Source of the DNA: an uncultured Actinomycetes bacterium
GTDB lineage: Bacteria > Actinomycetota > Thermoleophilia > Gaiellales > JAICJC01
Direction of reading: 5' to 3'
DNA length: 64,000 bases
NCBI GenBank assembly: GCA_963797565.1
Contig: CAWCPM010000010.1
Location: 69,834 to 133,833 of the forward strand
In this document: positions 51,484-61,627 of the stretch, piece by piece
Layout: every line of letters starts with the position of its first letter
How positions within the stretch are numbered: the first letter of the stretch is position 1
The notes under the pieces: model-generated
What the model saw: only the letters and a program-made list of their open reading frames with translations
The model's database searches: none
What the model was told of the DNA's origin: nothing
Program-made: the position numbers and the translations under genes

Positions 51484-53334
51484 TGCGGCTGCGGCACGCG
51501 CTGGGAGTGGCGTTCGCCATCACGGCCACGCTCACCCCCGCGGCGCTGGCGGCCGACACGGCCGCATCGCCCCAGGTGAGCGGCGTCAGCAGGGTCGACG
51601 ACCACACCGTTCGCGTGATCGTGCGGGCACCCGGTGACCTCACCGGCCTGGACGTGCAGGCCGAGCTGGGCGGCAAGGCGGCGCAGGTCACGCGGCTGCG
51701 GCCGATCGGCCCACGACGCTCGCTGCACCTCGTGTTCGCCGTTGACACGTCCATCCAGCATGGCCGGCCCGCCGCTGGCGGCCGCCATCGCGGCGGGACA
51801 GCGGCTGCTGGATGCGGCCGGCTCAACCGACAAGGTCGGCCTGGTCGTGTTCGACAACTCGGCCCGCACCGCGACGCCCCTGACCGGAAACGTCCAGGCG
51901 GTGCAATCTGCGATGTCCACACTGACAACAGACCACGGCACTGCCCTCTACGACGGCATCGCCGACGCCGCCCGGCTGACCGGCCCGGCGGACGGGTCGC
52001 AGCGGGTGGTCGTGGTGCTTTCGGACGGCGACGACACCACGTCGTCGACGTCGCTCGATGACCTCACGGCGGCACTCGCGGGCGACGGCGTCGAGGTGGA
52101 CGCTGTCGGCCTCACCTCCTCTGGGTCGTACACGGCCGCCGCCCTGCGCCAGGTGGCGGCGGCGACGCACGGCGTCTACGTGCCGGCGGCGAAGCTCTCA
52201 GCGCTCGAGCCGATCGCGGCCAGGCTGGCGCAGACACGGCTGGCCGGCGAGTGGGCCGTCGACGTGGCGCTGCCCCACTCCAGCTCGCGCACGCTCACGA
52301 TCAGCCTGCACGGCGGGCCGCCGGCGCAGGTGACGCTGCCGGCCGGCGTGGACGGGGCGTCGCTCTCGATGTGGAGTGAGTACGGGGCCTGGATCGTGGT
52401 GGTGCTCGGGTTCGCCGCCATCATGATGCTGGCGACCGTGGTGATGAGCGCGGCCGAACGCCGGCCGCAGGCGCTCACCGCGCGGCTCTCTCCCTACTCC
52501 TCTGAGCTTTCGAAAGAGGCGGCCAAGGCGCACGAGCCGGCCCTGACGGACATGTACGAGGAGCTGGAGACCCGGCTCGGAAAGACGCGGGCGTGGCGAT
52601 GGCTGCACACGCTGGCCGAGCGTGCCGGCAGCACCGTTCCCACCGGCCAGATCGTCACCATCATCGCCGCCGCCGCGCTGCTCCCGGCCGCCTTCGGGCT
52701 GGCCACCGTGGGGCCGCTGCTGGCGCTGCCGCTGCTCCTGTGCGGCGCGCTGCCCGTGATGGTGCTGCGCTTCCGCGCCCGACGCCGCTCGACCGCCTTC
52801 GAAGCCCAGCTGCCGGAGCTGCTGAGCGTCTGGGCCAGCGCGCTTCGCGCCGGCCGCTCGTTCGCCCAGGCTCTGGACACGCTGGTCGAGGAGGCCAGCG
52901 AGCCGGCGCATGGCGAGTTCCGCCGTGCGCAGAGCCAGGTGCGGCTGGGTGTGCCGATCGAGCAGGCGCTGGACGATATGAGCAAGCGGCTGACGTCCGA
53001 GAGCTTCGAGCTTGTGGTGCTGACGACCGACGTGCAGCGGCGGATCGGCGGCAACGTCGCGGAGATCTTCGACCAGGTCGCCGACACCGTGCGCAAGCGG
53101 CAGCAGTTCAGCGCGCGGGTGCGCGCGCTGGTGGCGATGGGCGTGATGTCAGCGCGCGTTCTGCTGGGCATGCCGTTCGTGCTGGCGGCGATCCTGACCG
53201 TGATCAACCCCGGCTACATGTCGCCGCTGTACGAGACCACGACCGGGCGGGTGCTGATCGTGGTGGCGCTGGTGATGATGGCCGCGGGCGCACTGGTGCT
53301 GCGGCGCATGGTGAAACCCCGGGCGATCGCGTAG
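51483..53334 (+). pseudogene. tadB: signal peptide + vWA domain fused to TadB (T2SS-F domain), frameshift near 51748-51760
   Basis: The signal peptide and vWA start (..SLHLVFAVDTS) are in frame 51483. The rest (SSMAGPPL..VVVVLSDGDD.. then TM + T2SSF domain) is in frame 51634. Confidence 0.8.
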
Positions 53335-53345
53335 GAGGCGAGGCC

Positions 53346-54224
53346 GTGTTCGTTCTCGTAGTCGTCCTGATCGCCGCGAGCGGGTTCTTCCTGCTGCGCG
53401 CGGCCGCCTCCAAGCGGATCCAGGTGGAGTCGACGCTGGGACGGATCCCGGGCTACGGCTACGGTGAGCCGGCGCGGACGAACGACCCCCGCGCGTGGCT
53501 GCGGCGAATCGGGCGGATCGCTCCAGGCGGCCGCGGACAGGGCGCGGAGGCGCTGCGCCTGAAGCTGGCGGCTGCCGGCTGGTCACGGCTGCTGACGCCG
53601 GAGGAGCTGGCCGGGCTGAAGGTCGTGCTGCCGTTGGCGACGTACGGCCTGATGCTGAGCCTGTCGGTGTTCGGCGTGCTCTCGCTGCCGATCGCAGCGG
53701 TGAGCGGGCTGATCCTGGCCGCGACCGCGTACGTGAGCATCCCGCTGTCGATCGACATGCGCGTGCGCGGCCGCCGCGACACGATCGTCGCCTCGCTGCC
53801 GACGGTGCTGGACCTGATGACGCTATCGGTGGAGGCCGGCATGAGCTTCGACGCCGGCCTGCAGCGTGTGGTGCGCCGCCTGCGCGGGCCGCTGATCGAC
53901 GAGCTGGCGCTGATGCTGCGCGACACCCAGCTGGGCGCCAGCCGCAGCGACGCGATGGCGGCCATGGCCGGCCGCGTGGACGCCCCCGAGATGACCAGCT
54001 TCGTGCGCGCGCTGGTGCAGGCCGACCGCCTGGGCGTGCCGCTGGCGCAGCTGCTGCGGACGCAGGCAGACGACCTCCGCAACCGGCTCCGGAACGAGGC
54101 CGAGGAGCAGGCCATGAAGGCGCCGGTGAAGATGCTGTTCCCGACCGTGATGCTGATCTTCCCGGCGGTGTTCATCGTGGTGCTGGGCCCGGCCGTGATC
54201 TCACTCATGGCCAACCTCGGTTAG
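53346..54224 (+). CDS. tadC: Tad pilus inner-membrane protein TadC (T2SS-F domain)
   Basis: LPTVLDLMTLSVEAGMSFDAGL.. is a T2SSF domain. GTG 53346. Confidence 0.85.
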   Translation: MFVLVVVLIAASGFFLLRAAASKRIQVESTLGRIPGYGYGEPARTNDPRAWLRRIGRIAPGGRGQGAEALRLKLAAAGWSRLLTPEELAGLKVVLPLATYGLMLSLSVFGVLSLPIAAVSGLILAATAYVSIPLSIDMRVRGRRDTIVASLPTVLDLMTLSVEAGMSFDAGLQRVVRRLRGPLIDELALMLRDTQLGASRSDAMAAMAGRVDAPEMTSFVRALVQADRLGVPLAQLLRTQADDLRNRLRNEAEEQAMKAPVKMLFPTVMLIFPAVFIVVLGPAVISLMANLG

Positions 54225-54313
54225 GCCTCGAGCAGGCTCCCCGTCGCGGCCGGGGGCGGAGTTCCTGTCCCCCAAAAGAGGGATCCGCAGACCCGGGCGG
54301 AATCTTGCGGGCG

Positions 54314-55492
54314 ATGACCCGAGAGACGGCTCCAGATCCGCGCTCGCCGGCCGCGCCGCTGCGCCAGGATCAGCTGGAGCCGGTGCTGCGGGTGATCGAG
54401 GCCGCCCAGTCGATGGCCGCCGGCGACGACGTGCCGGCCGTGCTCGCCGACCTCTCGCGCCAGCTCACCACCTTCCTCGACGCCTCCGCCTGCATGATCT
54501 CCCTGCTCGACGACGAGCGCGGCATCCTCCGAGATCGCGCCGGATACGCCCGGCCGCCGTTCAGCTGGAAGCCGGCCGCCGACGAGTACGAGCTGGCCGA
54601 CTATCCCAGCACCGAGGCGGTCATGCGCACGGGTGAGCCGTACACGTGCATGCTCGACTCGGCCGGCATCGACCCCGCGGAGGAGCGGTGGCTGCGCGAG
54701 CTCGGGTTCGGGTCGCTGCTGATGTACTCGATGACCGTCGAGGGCGAGCCCTACGCGCTGGTCGAGATCTACGACGAGCGCCGGCGCAGCTTCCACCCGA
54801 CCGAGCTGCGCCTCGCCACCGCGCTGGCCGCCGAGGCCGGCACGATGGTGGCGCGCGCCCGCATGTCGGAGCGGCTCGAGGACGCCTACTTCGCCACCCT
54901 CGGCACGCTGGCCGCCGCGCTCGAGGCAAAGGACGCCTACACCAACGACCACGCCAGCAAGATCGCCGAGCTGGCCGGCCGTGTCTGCGACCAGCTCGAC
55001 CTCGCTCCCGCCGACGTGCGCGTGATCCGCCTGGCCGCACTGCTGCACGACATCGGCAAGATCGGCATCCCCGAGACGATCCTGCGCAAGCCGGGCTCGC
55101 TGACGGGCGAGGAGATGCTGGTGATGCAGCGCCACCCCGACATCGGTGCCCGCATCCTCGAGCCCGTCCCCTACTTCGCGGACCTGGTGCCGCTGGTGCG
55201 TTCCAGCCACGAGCGCTGGGACGGCCGCGGATACCCGGACGGCCTGGCCGGCGAGGAGATCCCGCTCGGCTCACGCGTGATCGCAGTCTGTGACGCGTTC
55301 CACGCGATGACCGAGGACCGTATCTACCGCGAGGCGCTGGCCCTGCCCTCCGCCGTCACCGAGATCGAGCGCTGTGCCGGCACCCAGTTCGACCCGCTCT
55401 GCGTGGACGCCCTGATGGCTGCGATACGGGCGCCCGGCCCGGCCCACCAGGTGCGCGACGGCATGATCCGCATCGCCCAGCGCCCGGACTAG
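54314..55492 (+). CDS. GAF + HD-GYP domain protein (putative c-di-GMP phosphodiesterase)
   Basis: LLHDIGKIGIP..HHERW-type SSHERWDGRGYPDGL carries both HD and GYP motifs. Confidence 0.88.
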   Translation: MTRETAPDPRSPAAPLRQDQLEPVLRVIEAAQSMAAGDDVPAVLADLSRQLTTFLDASACMISLLDDERGILRDRAGYARPPFSWKPAADEYELADYPSTEAVMRTGEPYTCMLDSAGIDPAEERWLRELGFGSLLMYSMTVEGEPYALVEIYDERRRSFHPTELRLATALAAEAGTMVARARMSERLEDAYFATLGTLAAALEAKDAYTNDHASKIAELAGRVCDQLDLAPADVRVIRLAALLHDIGKIGIPETILRKPGSLTGEEMLVMQRHPDIGARILEPVPYFADLVPLVRSSHERWDGRGYPDGLAGEEIPLGSRVIAVCDAFHAMTEDRIYREALALPSAVTEIERCAGTQFDPLCVDALMAAIRAPGPAHQVRDGMIRIAQRPD

Positions 55493-55524
55493 ATGGTTGA
55501 TTCCACTGGGGATAGGATCCGCGC

Positions 55525-55923
55525 GTGACCAACCGCGCCCTCCCCAACCCTTTCCCCTGGGCCGCCGAGTACCAGTACGCGCAGTCGGTGCTGGCCGAGG
55601 GCGAGCTCGTCTTCAGCGCCGGCCAGGGCGGCTTCGGCGACGACGGCACCGTCGTCAGCGACGACCCCGAAGCCCAGATCCGCCAGGCCTTCGCGAACGT
55701 CGACCTCGCCCTGCAGGCCGGCGGCGCGTCGCTCGACACGATCGTGAAGATGACCGTGTTCCTGGCCGACGCCTCGCTCTACGACGCCTTCAAGCACGTG
55801 CGCGGAGAGCTGTTCGCACCGCCCTATCCGGCCAGCACCGCGATCGTGGCCGGCGGGTTCCTGTTCGACGGCATGCTGGTCGAGATCGAGGCCGTGGGGC
55901 GGGTCGCCGAGCCGCGGTCCTGA
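55525..55923 (+). CDS. RidA/YjgF/TdcF-family reactive-intermediate deaminase
   Basis: A 132-aa protein of YjgF-like fold (..KMTVFLAD..PASTAIVAG..VEIEAV). Confidence 0.8.
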   Translation: MTNRALPNPFPWAAEYQYAQSVLAEGELVFSAGQGGFGDDGTVVSDDPEAQIRQAFANVDLALQAGGASLDTIVKMTVFLADASLYDAFKHVRGELFAPPYPASTAIVAGGFLFDGMLVEIEAVGRVAEPRS

Positions 55924-55931
55924 GCTCGCTG

Positions 55932-57398
55932 CTAGCCCTCGACGGGTGCGGGCTGCCGGGCGTGCGCGGCCTCGTCCTGCGACTCGGCCGGAGCCGCCAT
56001 CGCGATCGGACGCAGCACCAGCACCGCCAGCCCGGCCGCTATCAGGGTGAACGCGGCGCCGATCAGGAAGGCGACGTGGTAGCCGCCGGTCAGGGCCGCC
56101 GCCTCGCTCTCGCCCTGGCCCAGCAGCGTGCTCGTGCGAGACGCGGCGGCGCTCGCCAGCACCGCCAGCCCCAGCGCCCCTCCCATCATGAACGAGGTGT
56201 TGACGACGCCCGATGCCAGCCCCGCCTCGGTCGGCTCGACGTCGTTCATCGCTGCCAGCAGCACCGGGTTGAAGCCGATCCCCGCACCCACGCCCAGCAC
56301 CAGCATGGCCGGCAGCACATCGGTCAGGTAGTCGCCGTTGACGGGCACGCGCGCGAACAGCAGAAAGCCGGCCGTCCAGAACAACATGCCCGCGATCAGC
56401 GGCGGCCGGATGCCGAAGCGCATCACCAGCTTCGCCGAGACGCCGATCGAGAACCCGCCCACCAGCAGGTTGGCCGGCAGGAACGCCAGCCCCACCTGCA
56501 GCGGCGAGTAGCCGAGCACCAGCTGCAGGTACAGCGCCGACAGGAAGAACCACGCGAACATCGCCGCCGCCGACAGCACCGCGATCACGTTGGCCGTTGC
56601 CAGGTTCCGGAGCCGGAACAGCCGCAGCGGCACCAGCGGCGCCGACACGCGTGACTCGATCACCAGGAACAGGATCAGCACCGCGACGGCCGCGCCCAGC
56701 ATGCCCAGGGTCTGGGCCGTCACCCATCCCACCCGGTTGCCGTTCACGATCGCATACACCGCGACCATCAGCGCCGAGGTCACGGTCACCGCGCCCGCCA
56801 CGTCCAGCCGCCCCGTGCGCTCACCCATCCGGTCGACCGGAACCAGCTTGAGACAGGCGACGAACACCGCGATGCCGACCGGCAGGTTGACCAGGAAGAT
56901 CCAGTGCCAGTCGAGCACATCCGTCAGCACGCCGCCCAGCAGCACGCCGATGCTGCCCCCGCCGGCGGCCACGAACCCGACCACGCCCATCGCCCTTGCT
57001 CGCTCGCCCGGCTCCACGAACAGCGTCATCACCAGCGACAGCGCCACTGCCGCCACGATCGCACCGCCCACGCCCTGCACCGCCCGCGCCGCCACCAGCT
57101 CTCCCTGCGTGGTCGAGAGCCCGCAGGCCACGGACGACGCCGTGAACAGCACCAGGCCGGTCAGGAACATCTTACGGTGTCCGTAGATATCGCCCAGCCG
57201 GCCACCCAGCAGCAGACAGCCGCCGAACGTCAGCAGGTAGGCGTTCACGACCCAGGCCAGCGAGGCCTCGGTGAACCCCAGGTCGGTGCGGATCGACGGC
57301 AGCGCGACGTTCACGATCGTCGTGTCCAGCACGATCATGAGGTTGCCCATGCAGAGCACGATCAGCGCCCACCAGCGCCTGTCCTGTTGAGTCGTCAT
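55932..57398 (-). CDS. MFS transporter, DHA2/EmrB (14-TMS) drug-efflux type
   Basis: A 488-aa protein with the MFS motifs GRLGDIYGHRK and many TM segments. Confidence 0.88.
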   Translation of the reverse strand: MTTQQDRRWWALIVLCMGNLMIVLDTTIVNVALPSIRTDLGFTEASLAWVVNAYLLTFGGCLLLGGRLGDIYGHRKMFLTGLVLFTASSVACGLSTTQGELVAARAVQGVGGAIVAAVALSLVMTLFVEPGERARAMGVVGFVAAGGGSIGVLLGGVLTDVLDWHWIFLVNLPVGIAVFVACLKLVPVDRMGERTGRLDVAGAVTVTSALMVAVYAIVNGNRVGWVTAQTLGMLGAAVAVLILFLVIESRVSAPLVPLRLFRLRNLATANVIAVLSAAAMFAWFFLSALYLQLVLGYSPLQVGLAFLPANLLVGGFSIGVSAKLVMRFGIRPPLIAGMLFWTAGFLLFARVPVNGDYLTDVLPAMLVLGVGAGIGFNPVLLAAMNDVEPTEAGLASGVVNTSFMMGGALGLAVLASAAASRTSTLLGQGESEAAALTGGYHVAFLIGAAFTLIAAGLAVLVLRPIAMAAPAESQDEAAHARQPAPVEG

Positions 57399-57445
57399 CG
57401 TCGCCCCATGTTGCCTTCGCAGACTAGCGAAGACTCGGCGAACCG

Positions 57446-58336
57446 CTAGGCGGACGCGCCGGCGATCCGCTCCGGCCCGGCGTACACGTTGAACCGCTCG
57501 TCGCGCAGGAACCCCGCCAGGGTCATCCCGAACCGGCGCGCGGTGTCGACGGCCAGGCTGGAGGGCGCCGAGACGGCGCAGATGATGGGGATGCCCGCGC
57601 GCGCCGCCTTCTGCACGATCTCGAAGCTGGCGCGCCCGGACACGAGCAGGATGCGGTCGGACAGCGGCAGCCGCCCGGCCAGCAGCTCCGCGCCGATCAC
57701 CTTGTCGACGGCGTTGTGCCGGCCCACGTCCTCGCGCGCCACCAGCAGCTTGCCGGCCGGATCGAACAGGGCGGCGGCATGCAGTCCGCCGGTGCGGTCG
57801 AACACGCTCTGGGTGCGACGCAGCTCTTCCGGCAGCGTCACCAGCAGCGCCGCATCCACCACCGGGCCGTCGGCCACGGGTGCGCAGCGCGTCTCGATCG
57901 CGTCCAGCGAGGCCTTGCCGCAGATGCCGCAGCTGGAGGAGGCGTAGAAGTTGCGCTGCATCTCGAAGTCGGCCAGGGTGCGGGCCACCCCCACGCTGAC
58001 CACGTTGTAGTGCTGCTCCTCGCGCGGCACCGCGCAGTAGCGGATGCCGCGCACGTCCTGGGTACCGTCGATCAGGCCCTCCGTGAACAGGAAGCCGGCG
58101 GCCAGGTCGAAGTCGTGCCCGGGCGTTCGCATGGTCACAGCCACGTTCCGCTGCTCGGCGCCCGGCTCGTCGACGCGGATCTCCATCGGCTCCTCGGTGG
58201 CCAGACGGTCGCGGCGCTGCTTGCGGGTACCGGCGTCCATGGTGATGACGCCGGTTCGGGTGGTGCTGAGCGGACGCTCGATGACGGCGCCCTCACCGTC
58301 GGTGGGCAGCGCCTCGGCCGGTTCGTTGATCGGCAT
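57446..58336 (-). CDS. fdhD: formate dehydrogenase accessory sulfurtransferase FdhD
   Basis: SSCGICGKASLD and GGLHAAALF motifs. Start taken at MPINEPAE. Confidence 0.88.
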   Translation of the reverse strand: MPINEPAEALPTDGEGAVIERPLSTTRTGVITMDAGTRKQRRDRLATEEPMEIRVDEPGAEQRNVAVTMRTPGHDFDLAAGFLFTEGLIDGTQDVRGIRYCAVPREEQHYNVVSVGVARTLADFEMQRNFYASSSCGICGKASLDAIETRCAPVADGPVVDAALLVTLPEELRRTQSVFDRTGGLHAAALFDPAGKLLVAREDVGRHNAVDKVIGAELLAGRLPLSDRILLVSGRASFEIVQKAARAGIPIICAVSAPSSLAVDTARRFGMTLAGFLRDERFNVYAGPERIAGASA

Positions 58337-58431
58337 GGATGAAGGATAGACGCCGGTCCAGGCTCGCCCGCCGCGTTTCGTCGAAGGTCGCAACGGGTAC
58401 TTGGAGCCTCAGCCAACGAGGAGGAATAGAC

Positions 58432-58785
58432 GTGTCAACTACTGGATGGATAGTGCTGGTCGTGGTCGTGGTCGTGGTGATCGCCGTCGTGGCGGCCCTC
58501 GTGTCGCGTCGCAGGTCGCGCGAGATGGACATGCGGCGGAGCGCGGCCGAGGCGCATCGCGCGGAGGCGCTTTCGCGCAGCCGCAGCGCCGAGGCGGCCA
58601 AGCTCGAGGCCGACGAGCAGGCGGCACGGGCCGAGCGCGCAAGGCTCGAGGCCGAGGACACCGCCGCCCGCGCCAGCCAGGAGCGCGAAAGCGCACAGGA
58701 GCATCTGCACATGGCCGACGAGATCGATCCCGATGTCGACCGATCCGGGGCGGAGGAAGCGGCGCCGGCGGATGCGGAGCGCTGA
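58432..58785 (+). CDS. hypothetical small membrane-anchored coiled-coil protein
   Basis: GAGGAGGA RBS at 58418-58425, then GTG 58432. There is a poly-Val TM segment followed by an Ala/Glu/Arg-rich helix. No family recognised. Confidence 0.55.
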   Translation: MSTTGWIVLVVVVVVVIAVVAALVSRRRSREMDMRRSAAEAHRAEALSRSRSAEAAKLEADEQAARAERARLEAEDTAARASQERESAQEHLHMADEIDPDVDRSGAEEAAPADAER

Positions 58786-58797
58786 GCGCACGCCCTG

Positions 58798-60243
58798 ATG
58801 CCGCTCCGAGACGCTGCAGACGCCATCGATCGCCGTGTGGGAGACGCCGTCTCGGCGGCCGTACAGGCACACCACCGCCGGCGTCTGTCGCGTCTCGGAA
58901 ACGCTGCCCTCGAGGCGCCCGCCGGCGGCTGGGCAGAGGACGCGTTCCAGCCGCGGCACGGTAACAAGCTGGAGCTGCTGATCGACGGGGAGCAGGCGTT
59001 CGACCGGATGATCGAATCGCTGGAGCGGGCCACCGCGTACGTGCACATCAGCGGCTGGTTCCTTTCGCCCGACTTCGTGATGCGTGACGGCTCGGTCCCG
59101 GTCGTGGTGCGAAACCTGCTCGCCGAGCTGGCCGAGCGAATCGATGTCCGCGTACTGCTTTGGGCGGGCGCACCGGTGCCGCTGTTTCGCCCGTCGCGGC
59201 GGATGGCGCGTAAGACCCGGGCCGAGCTGGTGGCGGCCGGGCCGATCCGGTGCGAGCTCGACCCCCGCGAGCGGCCGCTGCACTGCCACCACGAAAAGAC
59301 GGTCGTGATCGACGGCAGGGAGGCGTTTGTCGGTGGTATCGACCTGACATCCCTGTCGGGTGATCGCCGCGACAGCTCGCGGCATCCCGCCCGCGCGGCC
59401 GTCGGCTGGCATGACGTCGCGGCCGTGGTGGCGGGCCCGGTGGCCGCCGACGTGGCCGAGCACTTCGCACTGCGTTGGCACGGCGTCACCGGCGAGCGCC
59501 TCGCCGTCGGCCCACCCGCTCCCGACGCCGGATCCTCCAACGTTCAGCTTGTCCGCACCGTCCCGGAGCACGTGTACGGCGGGCTGCGCCAGGGATCGTT
59601 CGGCGTGCTCGAAACGTATGTGCGCGCGATCCGTTCGGCCCAGAGGCTGATCTACATCGAGTCCCAGTACCTGTGGTCGGCGGAGATCGTCGCGCTGCTG
59701 GCCGAGAAGCTCCGCGATCCGCCGCACGACGGATTCCGGACGCTGCTGGTGCTGCCGGGCCGGCCCTACGGCGGCTCGGACGACACGCGCGGTGCGCTGG
59801 CCGAGCTGATCGCCGCCGACGGTGGCGCCGGCCGTGTGCTGGCCTGTTCGCTGTACGCGCCCGCGGGATCGGTCGCCGACCTGATCTACGTCCACGCCAA
59901 GGTCGCGGTGATCGACGATCGGGTGCTGATCGTCGGCTCGGCCAACCTCAACGATCACTCCATGTTCAACGACACCGAGGCTGCGCTCGTCACCGACGAC
60001 GCCGAGCTGGCCACCGCGACCCGTCACAGGCTGTGGGCGGAGCATCTGGAGTGCTCGATGGCCGAGGCGTCGGGCGACGCCACCGAGCTGATCGATCAGG
60101 TCTGGCGACCGCGGTCCGAGGAGCAGAACCAGCGCCGCCGGGCCGGGCTGCCGATGACTCACCGCATCAGCCGGATCGACGGCGCCTCGCGGCGCTCCGC
60201 GCGGCTGCTGGGCCCACTTCAGGGACTGCTGGTCGACGGGTAG
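58798..60243 (+). CDS. phospholipase D / cardiolipin synthase-like protein (two HKD motifs)
   Basis: HCHHEKTVVIDG..GGIDL and YVHAKVAVIDD..GSANLN. Confidence 0.85.
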   Translation: MPLRDAADAIDRRVGDAVSAAVQAHHRRRLSRLGNAALEAPAGGWAEDAFQPRHGNKLELLIDGEQAFDRMIESLERATAYVHISGWFLSPDFVMRDGSVPVVVRNLLAELAERIDVRVLLWAGAPVPLFRPSRRMARKTRAELVAAGPIRCELDPRERPLHCHHEKTVVIDGREAFVGGIDLTSLSGDRRDSSRHPARAAVGWHDVAAVVAGPVAADVAEHFALRWHGVTGERLAVGPPAPDAGSSNVQLVRTVPEHVYGGLRQGSFGVLETYVRAIRSAQRLIYIESQYLWSAEIVALLAEKLRDPPHDGFRTLLVLPGRPYGGSDDTRGALAELIAADGGAGRVLACSLYAPAGSVADLIYVHAKVAVIDDRVLIVGSANLNDHSMFNDTEAALVTDDAELATATRHRLWAEHLECSMAEASGDATELIDQVWRPRSEEQNQRRRAGLPMTHRISRIDGASRRSARLLGPLQGLLVDG

Positions 60244-60279
60244 AGACACGACCGCGGTCGACTGCTAGATTCGGCTGCG

Positions 60280-61143
60280 ATGGCCGACCACACGCTGCCC
60301 GCCGAGACGTTCCAGGTCACCTTCGACGCGTCCATCCCACCGGCGCTCGAGATCGACCCTGGCGACACCGTCACCTTCCAGACGGGCGACGTCGCCTACG
60401 CCCGGCTGGCCGCCGGCGAGTCGGTGGACGCGATCGGCCTGCCGAACTTCAACCGGGTGACCGGGCCGGTCAGCGTCCGCGGCGCGGCGGCCGGCGACGC
60501 GCTGCGGATCGAGGTGCTGGACGTGCAGGTGCGCCGGGCCTGGTCGGTATGGCTGCCGGGGCTGGGCGATCTCGGCCACCGCACCGACGTGCAGCGAGCC
60601 ATGCAGACGCCGCTGGCCGACGGTCACGCCCAGATCGGGTCGCACCGGGTGCCGCTGCGGCCGATGATCGGCTGCATCGGTACCGCACCGGCCGAGGGGG
60701 CCGGCTCGACCTTCATCCCCGCCTACCCGTTCGGCGGCAACATGGACCTGCGCGAGATGGAGCCGGGGACGACGCTGTACCTGCCGGTGAACGTGGCCGG
60801 CGGCCTGCTCAGCATGGGCGACCTGCACGCCGCCATGGGCAGCGCCGAGCCGACATCGGTCAGCCTCGAGGCGGCTGGCCAGGCGACGCTGCGGATCGGG
60901 CTCGAGCCGGCGATGGCGCTGCGCTTCCCACGGCTGCGCCGCGACGGCGAGACGTTCTTCCTGGGTATCGCCGAGGGCTTTGCAGAGGCGCACGCGCTGG
61001 CGCTGGATCAGGCATACGACCACCTGGTCGACGAGCGCGGGATCGACCCCTTCGAGGCCTACGCGCTGATCAGCGCTCGCTGCGACATGCGGCTGGGCGG
61101 CCCGGCCGCCGCGATCGTGATGGCGGTGCTGCCCGACGACTGA
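60280..61143 (+). CDS. acetamidase/formamidase-family protein
   Basis: A 287-aa protein (..TGPVSVRGAAAGDALRIEVLDV..GNMDLREM..) resembling the FmdA/AmdA family. Confidence 0.75.
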   Translation: MADHTLPAETFQVTFDASIPPALEIDPGDTVTFQTGDVAYARLAAGESVDAIGLPNFNRVTGPVSVRGAAAGDALRIEVLDVQVRRAWSVWLPGLGDLGHRTDVQRAMQTPLADGHAQIGSHRVPLRPMIGCIGTAPAEGAGSTFIPAYPFGGNMDLREMEPGTTLYLPVNVAGGLLSMGDLHAAMGSAEPTSVSLEAAGQATLRIGLEPAMALRFPRLRRDGETFFLGIAEGFAEAHALALDQAYDHLVDERGIDPFEAYALISARCDMRLGGPAAAIVMAVLPDD

Positions 61144-61162
61144 GGGTCGCGACCGTTAACTG

Positions 61163-61192
61163 ACGAGACCCCCGCGCGTGCGGAGGTCTCGT
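61163..61192. terminator. GC-rich hairpin between the formamidase 3' end and the tRNA-fMet 3' end (possible bidirectional terminator)
   Basis: ACGAGACC..GGTCTCGT outer stem with an inner CCGC-GCGT-GCGG stem. There is no U-tract. Confidence 0.4.
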
Positions 61193-61197
61193 TGAGG

Positions 61198-61271
<74 letters not shown>

Positions 61272-61294
61272 CCGATGCGTGGGATTTTACCACA

Positions 61295-61627
61295 GTGGGC
61301 ATTGGTAGAGTTGCCCCCGTGCTGCTGGCCCTGATCATCCTCTGGCTCGTCGTCGTCGTGGCCACCTCGGTCTGGGTGGGCTTGCGCGGGCGCCGCCTGG
61401 CGGTGTCCGCCAAGGCCGCGCAGGCAGAGGTCGACCGCTGCATGGAGGCGTCGCAGCTCGACCAGCTCCCGGCCAAGCTCGAGGAGCTGCAACGCCGCCA
61501 GCACGTGCTGAAGGAGGCGCTGGCGCGGCTGCAGATCTCGATCGCCGAGTTCATGGTTCTGTACCGCTCGCTCGACGCGGTGCGCCGGCAGCTGACGAGC
61601 GCCCGCGCCTTCTTCACGTCCAAGTGA
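61295..61627 (+). CDS. hypothetical small membrane protein
   Basis: A TM segment (VLLALIILWLVVVVATSVWV) followed by a helical region. The ORF-track start at 61235 overlaps the tRNA, so GTG 61295 is preferred. Confidence 0.5.
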   Translation: MGIGRVAPVLLALIILWLVVVVATSVWVGLRGRRLAVSAKAAQAEVDRCMEASQLDQLPAKLEELQRRQHVLKEALARLQISIAEFMVLYRSLDAVRRQLTSARAFFTSK

